A DNA stretch of 63,982 nucleotides, the filler included, from Octopus bimaculoides (lineage: Eukaryota): NCBI RefSeq assembly GCF_001194135.2. It is 5 parts of 3 records of this genome, joined end to end, with 100 filler letters (N's around TTAATTAATTAA, not from the genome) between each part and the next. Parts side by side here need not be neighbours in the genome. Positions count along the whole stretch, not along the records: positions 19,437 to 38,590 come from NC_068990.1; 4 more parts are not named here. One strand, 5' to 3'. Below the pieces are notes generated by a model. It had not been told where the DNA came from. It saw nothing but the letters and a program-made list of their open reading frames with translations, and did no database searches. The first letter of the stretch is position 1; each line of letters begins with the position of its first letter. The translations under genes were made by a program, and so were the position numbers. This document shows positions 26,571 through 37,129 of the stretch, one piece after another.

Positions 26571-27025
26571 GTTTTATCACTATTTCACTTTGGTTCGTTG
26601 GACGCACAATATCTATTTTCATAGTTTGAGTGAAACACTGACTTGAAATTGGTTTCCTATCTGCACTGTGATGGGCATGAAATGGGGTTCATAGGGCACT
26701 ATGTGTTGACAATACTAAAAGCAGTGGGGAGACAAAAGATGAGACAAAAAGGTGGTAAAATCTGTTCTGAAGATGCTATAACACCTCACAGGTGAGGTGT
26801 TATAGCATATATATGGCAGATTATGGCATAAAGCCATAATGAGTCCTCTTACTCTTTTTTGTAGCCTCTCTGCCTTTCTGCTTATCTTCCTTCATGTTTG
26901 TATATATGTCTGTCTATTTAATCTCTGGCTATTCCTTTTCAATTTTTCTTCTTTCTCTTTACCAAAAGCTTTCTTTGTCTGTATGTCTCCCTCTTTACTA
27001 ATCCGGTCCTCTTTTCACTTTGCAG

Positions 27026-27879
27026 GAGATTCTGAAGATGGTGAAATAATGCTGACTGAAAGCAATCCTTTGACTGGCTCTGAAATTGCTGCTGCATCTC
27101 AGACGGAGCAGTTTGAGGATATCCGTGCAGATCCAAGCTGCGTGCTGGCTGAAGGGACAGGGGTTTCAGAACCAGTGGGAGAAGAAGGGGAAGGAAGTGG
27201 AGGGGAGAGACAAGAGGATGGAGTAGTAGAAGAAAGAGTGCTTGAGGTGAAGGAACTTGGGCAGAATCTCACAGAAAACCTGATGATGACAAAACATCAC
27301 ATCATGGTACCAACCAGCCAGGCTATCACAGTGAGCGAGATGACATTCGTCAGTGCTGATGTCATGACAACATCAACAACGACACCAACAACGATGATAA
27401 CGCCTGTTGTTGAACAGTCATTGTCGGAATTGACTGAAAGTGTTGTGCAAAGTTCAGATCTGGTGTTGGGAATGCAAATGAAAGAAGCTCCAGTGGAGTC
27501 AACGGAGGCCATTGTAGCAACCACAACAGAAACGGCAATATTAGCAACAGCAGAGGCAGCAATTGCAACAGACACAGTGGCATTAACAACAGCAACAACA
27601 ACAACAACACTGTCAGCTGCAGCAACAGTCATGGAAACTACTGCCGAAGTAGCAACAACAACAACAACAACAACAGCCGCAACAACAACAGCAACAGCAA
27701 CAACTGCAAAAGTTGAAGCAGTAGCAGAAACATCAGAGTTAGCAACGACGAATGAAACGGTAGACCAACAACAACGACAACAGGAACAGCACCCAGAGCA
27801 ACAGGTTACTGTTGCTCTCACTGAGGTTAATTCCTCATCTACTGATGGAGAGCCTGCAGCTAATATGGTGATCAGTTGA
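27026..27879 (+). CDS. Zinc-finger gene, terminal coding exon (acidic then Thr/Ala/Gln-rich low-complexity tail)
   Basis: Acceptor cttttcactttgcag, phase 1 matches the previous donor. Open for about 284 codons (GDSEDGEIMLTESNP...AANMVIS*) to TGA at 27877-27879. Confidence 0.88.
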
Positions 27880-28084
27880 GGACATTATTCAACACTTTGA
27901 CTTTCTCTCTCACTTATCTTGTCATTTATCTGTTGTTCATCACAAACTTCACCTTAGCTCAATTCTGTGTCTACCCCTTTCACCCATTTCTGGCTCATGA
28001 GTTAACCAGCCAGCCAGACCACTCAATCAAAATGGTGACATCACATTGTTGGGAATATTTTGCTAGGCTGTCTCTTATGTGACA

Positions 28085-29110
28085 TCTGGCATCAAGAGAA
28101 GGCTATTACTTGATTCCTGGTATCAGATCAGTTTTTGTTGTGCAACAACTGGCATTAGACTGCTGTCTCTGTTGTCTTGGCACCAGACTACTTCTATGTA
28201 GTATATTAGTTGGCACCAAAGGGTCATATATTTGATGCCTGGCATGTTATCATTCTTTATTGTCTTACAGTTGGCATCAGACTTCTGTCTGTGTTATCCT
28301 GGCCCCTGGTTATCTGTTATGTGACAGCTGGTACCAAAAGGTCTTTTATTTGATGCCTGGTACTAAATCAACTTTTATTGCCTCACAGTTGGCACCAGAC
28401 TGCTGTGTTCCTGTTATCTGACAGCTGACACCAGATTGCTTGCTTTGTCTGTTGTCTTGGCACCTGGCTGTTGTCTCACTTGTTGGGTGACAACACCAAG
28501 AGGTCTTTTATCTGATACTTGGCATCAGGTTAGTCCTTGATGTCTGACAATTGACACCAGACTGCTGTCTCTGTTGTTTTGACACCAGATTATTTTCTCA
28601 TCTGTTAGGTAATAGCTGGTACCATATCAGTTTTTGTTGTCTCACAGTTGGCTCCAGACTGCTATTTCTGTTGCCTGACAGCTGACACCAGACTGCTGTT
28701 TGTGTTGTCTTAGCACCAGACTGTTGTCTCATCTGCTGTGTGACAGTTGGCACCAAGAGGTCTTTTGTCTGATGTCTGGCGCCAAGTCAGTCCTTATTCT
28801 CTGACAGCTGGCAACAGGTTATTGTCTCTGTTGTGTGACAACTGATGGACTGCTGTGCATTATAATAAGCACCACTGGACTTTTGCCTGTGGCCCATACA
28901 ATTGACATTAGTGTTTTGTTTGTGACCCTAATAATGGGTGCCAATGTTTTGGCTGTGACTCTTGGGGCTAGTACTAGCTGTGCATTAGCTGTGATTCTAA
29001 CAGTTGGTGTTAGCCTATGTCTATGACCCATACAAGTGGTAGTGTTGGCCCTAACAATTGGCACTAGTCTTCTATTGCTGATGCCGCAATTGGTACCAAT
29101 CTTCTGTCTG
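28085..29110 (+). repeat. Degenerate tandem array built on (ACAGT/C)TGGCACCA(G/A) motifs in the predicted 3' UTR
   Basis: TGGCACCA, TGACACCA and TGGTACCA variants recur about every 25-40 nt. The longer block CACCAA.AGGTCTTTT.T.TGATG.CTGG recurs at about 28212, 28330, 28494 and 28749. Confidence 0.75.
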
Positions 29111-29170
29111 TGATTCTACCAGCCAGTGTTTGTTTATTGGAAGCTGCTCTCTAACAAATTGTATTATAAA

Positions 29171-29176
29171 ATTAAA
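29171..29176 (+). terminator. Candidate polyadenylation signal ATTAAA for the zinc-finger gene
   Basis: ATTAAA followed by a T/GT-rich downstream stretch (29190-29225), about 1.3 kb after the stop codon. Confidence 0.45.
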
Positions 29177-29261
29177 ATAATATAAAAGTATTTGTTTTTC
29201 AATGTTTTGTTTATCACTTTTTTTTAAATGTCTGCAGTGGTAACAGTGGTGGTAATGATGC

Positions 29262-29292
<31 letters not shown>

Positions 29293-31049
29293 TGTTGATG
29301 TGGTGAAATAGTGGTATGGGTAGTAGTGGTGGTGGTGGTAACACTAGAGAAAGTGATGATGCTCATGGCATTTGGAGTGGTGTTGGTGTTGGTTGTGGGA
29401 GTAGTGGTAATTGTGGGGCTGGTGGTATTAATGGTGGTTGTGTTAGTAGCAATGCTGAAAGTTACTATGGTGGTGGTAGAGTTGGTAATAGTGTTTCAAT
29501 AGTGGAAATGTGGTGGCAGTATTTGCTTCTACAACTGTGTTTGTCATTTTTATTTGGTATTTTAATATTGGGAAAATGATGGCGAGCTGGCGGAAACGTT
29601 AGCACGCTGAGTGAAATGCTTAGCGATATTTTGTCTGTCTTTATGTTCTGAGTTCAAATTCCGCTGAAGTTGACTTTGCCTTTCATCCTTTCGGGGGGTC
29701 GATAAATTAAGTACCAGTTGCATACTTAGGTCGATCTAATTGACTGGTCTCCTCCCCCAAATTTTGGGCCTTGTGCCTAGAGTAGAAAAGAATATTGGGA
29801 AGATGGGACAGCACCCATAGCTTTTGGTCAGTTCTGTAAGAACAGTGTTATTTTTTTGTTTAGTCTGGGCTAGCCCTGATCAAACAGACTTAAGATCAAA
29901 GGAATTCCATCTGTGACCCTCTCACCTTTTTACATACCTTCTGTGAGGAACTTAATGTGCCGGTAAGTGTTCAGCAAGGCTCAGCTCTTAGTTTTCTCCT
30001 ATTCTTGTTCTTCATGCTAAAGCAGAAGTGTTTAAGACTGTCTCTTCATGAGTGTCCCCTTGTGAAAATCCAGACCTACAATTGAGACCATCAGTTTTAA
30101 AGAAGACAAAATGCTTAGTGGTATTTTGCTCATTTTTACATTCTGAGTTGAAATTGCATCTAGAGTAACTTTACCTTTCATCCTTCCAGGGTCAATAAAG
30201 TAAGTACCAGTCAAGTACTGGGGACAAGGCATTTGAGTTCCCCTTCCCTTCAAAAACTGCTGACCTGTACCACAATTTGAAACAAATATGTCTGACTACG
30301 GAGAAATACTAACCTACTTGGAAACAAGTATAGGTTGATGACAGGAAAGGCATCCAGCTATAGAAAATCTGCTATAGTGAACTCTATCTAACCCATGCAA
30401 TCATGGAAAAGCAACTGTTAAAACAATTATTATGATAATGATAGTGGTGATGGGGATGAGGAGGCTGGTTATGATGATGATGATGATGATGATGGTGAAG
30501 ATGGTGATGATGATGATGATGATGATGATTGGTAATGATGATGATGACGACGATGACGATGATGATGATGATGATGACTGGTATGTTTTATCAAAGAACC
30601 TGTTTAAATGAGTTGGTTTTGTGAACAATCAGATTGCACATGCCTTTAAATTTTCTGTGTGTGTGTGGGGGGGGGGTGAATTGGTAGGGAGAGAAGTTCT
30701 ATGAAACCTTATGACATTCAGCATGAATAATATTTTCTAATATTTGCGTCGTGACCAATGAGGAAGGCTGACCATATCATCGCGACCAGCGCACGAGCCG
30801 CCCTGGACTGGCCGAGCGGGTGCTGGCGGCGAGCGGCGGCAACGCCAGCAGCGTGATCCCACGGCGGCTGTCGAATGCTGTTTTTCGGTCCGACGCCCAG
30901 GTGCAACCTGCGATCGCGGCTTCGGTTGCATGTATTAGCTGTAGAATTGCCATAGTTATCCACTCTCCTCACGGTGAGGAATACCATTCTCAAGTGAGAA
31001 AAGAATTTGCAAACTCACAATGCCGAGCACAATACTAACTAACTTTGTT

Positions 31050-32010
31050 CTCTTTCTAGAGAAGATTCTTGCTCTTTAACCTGGAAGCAAAAAGTTCAGC
31101 CTGCATTTTTGACAAGTTTAAATCCCACACAAGATAATTCAGATCTCCCTGACTCAACAAATGTGGTTCACTTGAAGAACAATTAGGCTCAAAGTCTATG
31201 TCTTCTGTTTCTTTCTCCATATTTTCATCACTTGACTCGTCATCACTAAGTGTCAGTTGTTTTCAAGGGTCAGGTACAGGTATGTGTTGACTGTGAAGTA
31301 TTGGTCTCATAGCAGATTGTAAATTAGAATATTTTACAATATGCTTGGATTTGATGTTGTACCTTGTATATTCATCGTGCAGAAGTATCAATCTGAAGTG
31401 TGATCTTTGGACTCCCTCCAAATCATAGGGATGGCAAAAGGCATACGGCGTGAACCTTTGGTCCATACAGTGAGAAACCTGACACAGGTTACACAACACA
31501 CATGAGGGGTCCAGCTTTTATCCACTTTGCAATCAAAATAATGCACACAGCACTTTTTAATCAATAACATGAAACATTGTCTTTGTGACTTGAATGTTAA
31601 GTCTACGCAAATATAACAAAAGTTGTTTGCAATACTTATACAGTTTCTTGGTATTATGAAGGTGAATGGAACATGTGAACATAGTACACAACTGCACACC
31701 TACACTTCAAGCACAGTACTGACAAAGCATCAGTGACTCATCGACTCGTTATTGCTAAGCTTCAGGGACTCATTGACTCATCTAGCTGGCTTTATGATTT
31801 CACTAGGTTAATTCTATTCATAAATATTTAAATTAGCAGTATTTCTTAAACTGTTAGCTTCATATTTCAACAGCTTAACTGAAATTTAGCTCACATAAAA
31901 GGAACTGAGAGGGGATATCATGGAAGAGGGAAACTGTGGGTGATACAGATAATTTGACATTATTTTTGAATCCTGCATGCAAAAACATGTAAGATCTTTG
32001 TTGACCAGTG
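31050..32010 (-). mobile_element. Chapaev3-like (CMC superfamily) DNA transposon 5' fragment, degenerate
   Basis: The minus strand starts CACTGGTCAACAAAG. Translation PRNCISIANNFCYIC...HYFDCKVDKSWTPHVCCVTC...MPFAIPMIWRESKDHTSD...KYSNLQSAMRPILHS..IPVP...SSSEPHLLSQGDLNYLVWDLNLSKMQAELFASRL. The family assignment is from recalled similarity. Confidence 0.75.
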
Positions 32011-32294
32011 TTATTCTTATCGTAGTTTACAAATCCAACCATGAAAACGTTACTCAACTTTGGAGTTTTAGATACCGACGCCCCCTTTCACACACACACA
32101 CACACACACATGAATGCATGAATGTACATACATCCACATATATTTGAATAAATACATCCACATGCACTTATATATTATTGACGTACACAAATACATGACC
32201 AGTATACATATTATATTACTGAAATACACATAAAGTAAATTCATGTAGACAGATATATAATAGAAATCAATATTATAAAAATCAATGAAGGGCA

Positions 32295-33744
32295 GAATTC
32301 GAACGTACGTGCGTCCGTTTCGCCTCCTTCTTCACCGTTCGAGCGAAATTCGAAAGTACGTGCGTACGTTCGAGTGGATTACGAACGTATGTGCGTCCTT
32401 TCGGCCTCCCTCTGCACCGTTCGAGAGCAATTCGAACGTACGTGCGTCCGTTCCGCCTCCCTCCTCACCGTTCGAGCGGTATTCGAACGTACGTCCATCC
32501 AATCGAACTCCCTCTGCACCGTTCGAGCGGAATTCTAACGTACGTGCGTCCGTTTCTCCTCGCTCTGCACCGTTCGAGAGGAATTCGAATGTACGAACGT
32601 TGCAGATGGAGGCCGAACGGACGCACGTCCGTTCGAATTCCGCTCGAACAGTGCAGAGGGAGGCCGACCGGACGCACTTACGTTCGAATTCCGCTCGAAC
32701 GGTGCAGAGGGAGGCCGAACGGACGCACGTACTTTCGAATTCTGCTCGGACGGTGTCGGGGGAGGACGAACGGATGCACGTACGTTCGAATTCCGCTTGA
32801 ACGGTGCAGAGGGAGGCCGAACGGACGCATATACGTTCGAATTTCACTCGAACGATGCAGAGGGAAGCCGAACGGACGCACATACTTTCGAATTCCGCTC
32901 GAACGTTGCAGATGGAGGACGAACGGACGCACGTACGTTCGAATTCCGCTCGAACAGTGCAGAGGGAGGCCGAACGGACGCACTTACGTTCGAATTCCGC
33001 TCGAACGGTGCAAAGGGAGGCCGAATGGACACACGTACGTTCGAATTCCACTCGAAATGTCCAGAGGGAGGCCGAACGGACTCACGTACATTTGAATTCC
33101 TCTCGACCGGTGCAGAGGGAGGCCGATCGGACGCACGTACGTTCAAATTCCGCTTGAACGGTGCAGACGGAGGCGGAACGGACGCACGTACGTTTGAATT
33201 CTGCTCGAACTGTGAAGAGGGAAGCTGACCGGACGCATGTACTTTCGAATTCCGCTCGAACAGTGCAGAGGGAGGCCGAACGGTGCAGAGGGAGGCCGAA
33301 CGGACGCACGTACGTTAGAATTCTGCTCGAATGGTGCAGAGGGAGGCCGAATGGACACACGTTCGATCGAATTCCACTCGAAATGTCCAGAGGAAGGCCG
33401 AACGGACTCACGTACATTCGAATTCCTCTCGAACGGTGCAGAGGGAGGCCGAACGGACGCACGTACTTTCGAATTCCGCTCGAATAGTGCAGAGGGAGGT
33501 GGAATGGACGCACGTACGTTAGAATTCTGCTCGAATGGTGCAGAGGGAAGCCGAATGGACACACGTACGTTCGAATTCCACTCGAAATGTCCAGAGGGAG
33601 GCGGAACGGACGCACGTACGTTTGAATTTTGTTCGAACCGTGAAGAGGGAAGCCGAACGGACGCATGTACTTTCGAATTCCGCTCGAACGGTGCAGAGGG
33701 AGGTGTAACGGACGCACGTACGTTCGAATTCCGCTCGAACAGTG
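32295..33744. repeat. 51-bp CpG-rich satellite, about 28 units, with an internal orientation switch at about 32594
   Basis: Consensus CGTTCGAATTCCGCTCGAACGGTGCAGAGGGAGGCCGAACGGACGCACGTA. About 6 units are reverse (32295-32594) and about 22 are forward (32595-33744). Confidence 0.95.
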
Positions 33745-35344
33745 ACAATTAGTGATGATAAAATTTCTCTCTTTCTCGCTACCTCTTCAATAAACTTTTC
33801 AACCATGTAATTCTCCTCTTTATGTCTTTAACATTTCTCTTCAGCTCTCACTTCCACCAATGATGAGTGACAACATAATGCATTGGCTAGCTATCTGCTC
33901 TTTCATTCACTTTCACATTCTCTCTACTGCTCTCTCACTTCATCTTCTCATCTCTAACAATCTAAACCATGATGTGTAAACAAACAGCTAGGAGAATAAT
34001 AGGATCTACTCTGTTTGTTTGCCAGCGGCTCCAAAAATTAAAGTTTACTGAAAATTTTAAAATTTGGCACAATAATACTCTTGCCCAAACTGAGCTGCTG
34101 GAGTTGTTTCATTTTTTCCAGAAAAATGTTTTTAAAAAGTTATAGATGTTTAAAGTTTGATCATTTTCACCCAGTCAGGAAACAGGATTTGGAAGATGTC
34201 ATTTTGTGGGTGACTGCACATTTTGTCGTCAGCATCCTGAAAATAGCATATGTTGTCAATATTTGTAAACAACATGTATTATGTCTGGTAATTTTCTTTC
34301 ATGTAAATAAATCTCATCGAGTTGTTATTTTTAACACAAAAGTTCTTTCATGTAAATAAATGTTTGTTAATTTAAAAGAGAATAACAGTTAGTTTTAAAT
34401 CTGTGAGCNNNNNNNNNNNNNNNNNNNNNNNNNNNNNNNNNNNNNNNNNNNNNNNNNNNNNNNNNNNNNNNNNNNNNNNNNNNNNNNNNNNNNNNNNNNN
34501 NNNNNNNNNNNNNNNNNNNNNNNNNNNNNNNNNNNNNNNNNNNNNNNNNNNNNNNNNNNNNNNNNNNNNNNNNNGTGCTTCCTCACAGACTTTTCAAAGA
34601 CTGTTACTATGGCAACAGGCAAAAGAGTTCTCATGTTACTATTGAAATAGACATGAATGTGTCTGTGGCTTACGATTGGCTGAAATTACCAAACTTTTCA
34701 AACTTTAATTACTAATAACTCTTTATTTATTGATTTACAGCAACAATTACTTTCACTTCATTAATTAGCCTATAAAAATGTATCATTACACTGAATATGA
34801 AATTAATTCAAACAGAAAATTGATGCTAGCAGCCGCTGGCAACCAAACAGAAAAGGGATCTAGTTAAATTGATTCACAAAATCAACCCCCTTTAATTTTG
34901 CTCAGATTGCTTTCAATTTTGGTGTATCGATGCAACTCTGAATTTTGATTACGATCAACCAGTTACGTTATCTCGTAAATTAAAGAATCTAATGTTATTT
35001 GGAATTAAAGTTGGCAAAATTTGGGTAATTTTAGCCAATCAACAGACAGCGAGGCATTAACAAATTGTTAATTAGATCCTGGACATGTAAACAAAAGACC
35101 TAGCCATGTCACACTGGGTTGTACTGATTCTAATTATGGATTATGTTGTGGGTATACGTGTGCTGTGGTATACTCAGCCAGTTATATGTTAATATGTGTA
35201 ACCATTAGACTACAAGCTGACAGAATCATTAGAATTCTTCAAGGTTGCTTTACATTCTGAGTCCAAATTCCACTAAAGTTGACTTTGCCTTTCATCCTTG
35301 GAGGGCTGATCAAATAAGTACCAGTTGAATGTGTAACCAGTTCA

Positions 35345-35716
35345 ATTGATCATCCTAGTGTGTTAAGATCATTTGTAGGAATGTTATCACATTATCGTCG
35401 CTTTTTACCAAATATTTCAACAGTGCTGATAGATACCCTTATATTCCTTATTGCATAATGATTCCCTTTGGGGATGGAATATTGAACATCAGAAAGTGTT
35501 TGCTACAGCTAAGAAGTTACTTACTAGTTCATCTTTACTTGTGCATTATGACCTGCATAAACGTTTAATGTAACAATGTGATGCATCTCCATCAGGGCTA
35601 GGTATAGCCCTTTGTCATCGAATGAATGACAGTACTGTTCGTCCTGTAGCTTCTGCCTCATGTACACTGTTACCAGCTGAAAAGAACTATTCTCAGTTGG
35701 ACAAAGAAGCACTTGC
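35345..35716 (+). mobile_element. Ty3/Gypsy pol fragment (RT thumb to RNase H), degenerate
   Basis: LRSFVGMLSHYRRFLPNISTV...EHQKVFATAKKLLTSSSLLVHYD...CDASPSGLGIALCHRMNDSTVRPVASASCTLLPAEKNYSQLDKEAL. Confidence 0.9.
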
Positions 35717-36312
35717 NNNNNNNNNNNNNNNNNNNNNNNNNNNNNNNNNNNNNNNNNNNNNNNNNNNNNNNNNNNNNNNNNNNNNNNNNNNNNNNNNNNN
35801 NNNNNNNNNNNNNNNNTGTACATACACACATACAATCACATGTACATACACACATACAATCACATACATGTCAGGACCAAGGGGACAAATTGAAACAGAA
35901 AAACAAAGCAAAAATCTTGTGTTTAAGAATTTCACTTTGTAACCACATGGTTTCAGCTTCAGTCCCTTTGCACAGTACTTTGAGCAAGTGTTTCTTTATA
36001 CAGGCCTGGGGCACTCAATCCTTAAATGAATTCATTAAATGGAAACTATGCAGAAGCTCATCATATATGTGCATGCGAGTGTTTGTGTGTTTTGTGTGTG
36101 TGTGCATGTGTGTCGTTGTGTACATCTCTATCTCTGTCCTTTCATTGCTTGACGACCAGTGTAGATTCTTGTACAAAGATTAATAGAAAAAATAGAATAG
36201 ACTTAAATGCTAGGATCGATTTGTTCAACTGAACCCTTCAAAGCAGTGCACAGCATGGCAGCAGTCCAATAATTAAAACAAATAAAAGAATTAAATTATT
36301 TGGAAACCTTAC

Positions 36313-36491
36313 TTTGAAATGATTGTATAAATCTGTTTTGTCGAGGGAGAGGTATGTACAACACTTGCATTTCTGAACAGTCTCCGGGTGGTTAGAAGAC
36401 AGATGTTCCTGGAACTGCTGTTGGTAGTATGCCTGGAACTGGCATTTGTTACAACGCAAACGTTCCAAGTCATTCTCTGTTGCTTTCAAAC
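36313..36491 (-). CDS. Orphan internal exon of a C2H2-type zinc-finger gene
   Basis: Polypyrimidine tract plus ttggcag acceptor, and aaa|gtaagg donor. 179 nt, phase 1/0: (G)LKATENDLERLRCNKCQFQAYYQQQFQEHLSSNHPETVQKCKCCTYLSLDKTDLYNHFK. Confidence 0.85.
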
Positions 36492-36889
36492 CTGCCAATG
36501 AGATGAAGGAAAAAGGAGAAAAATATGTAATGATAATACTAAAAATAAAAATAATAATAATAATAATCCTTTCTACTGTAGACACAAGGCCTAAGATTTA
36601 GGGGAAGGGATTAAGTTGATTTCATCGACCCCAGTACTTGACAGGTACTTAATCTATCGACCCCAAAAGTCGACCTTAGCGTAATTTGAACTCAGAACAT
36701 AAAGACAAACAAAACACCACTAAGCATTTTGCCTGGCAAGCTAACAATTCTGCCAGCTCACCAACTTAATAATAGTAATAATGACTTCAAATTTTGGCAC
36801 AAGGCCAGCAGTTGTGAGGGGAGGAGTAAGTCAATTACATTGACCCCAGTGATCAACTGGTACTTTATTTTATCAACCTCCAAAAGAAT

Positions 36890-37105
36890 GAAAGTAAAAA
36901 TTGACCTCAGTATAAATTCCACACCTGGACAGGACGTTGGTCTGTCACAGGGATAGACTCCTTTTTGCCAGCTGAGTGGACTGGAGCAGCACAAAATGAA
37001 GTGTTTTGCTGCAGAACACAAAGAGTCAACTGGTCCAGGAATCGAAACCACAAGCTTATGATTATGAGTCCAACATCCTAACCACTAAGTCATGCGTCTC
37101 CACAG
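36890..37105 (-). mobile_element. tRNA-derived SINE, related to 52620-52945
   Basis: Reverse complement of head GGAGACGCATGACTTAGTGGTTAGGATGTTGGACTCATAATC...GGTTTCGATTCCTGG, plus GCTCCAGTCCACTCAGCTGGCAAAA. Confidence 0.75.
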
Positions 37106-37129
37106 ATGAAAGGATGAGTACATGTCAGC

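Noticed and set aside
25674-26646. 256-316 aa hydrophobic ORFs that look like membrane proteins
   Set aside because: They are a by-product of a CT-rich intronic tract that cannot contain stop codons, and they lie inside a well-supported intron.
29240-29500. Gly/Val-rich ORFs
   Set aside because: Degenerate (GGT/AGT)n trinucleotide low complexity downstream of the poly(A) signal.
29930-30020. Possible minus-strand exon with donor GAAG|GTATGT as a partner for the orphan zinc-finger exon
   Set aside because: All three frames from the nearest acceptor contain stops.
32295-33744. Heat-shock-element array (GAA/TTC motifs) in the satellite
   Set aside because: GAA and TTC are directly adjacent (GAATTC, TTCGAA) rather than separated by 2 nt as nGAAn inverted pentamers require.
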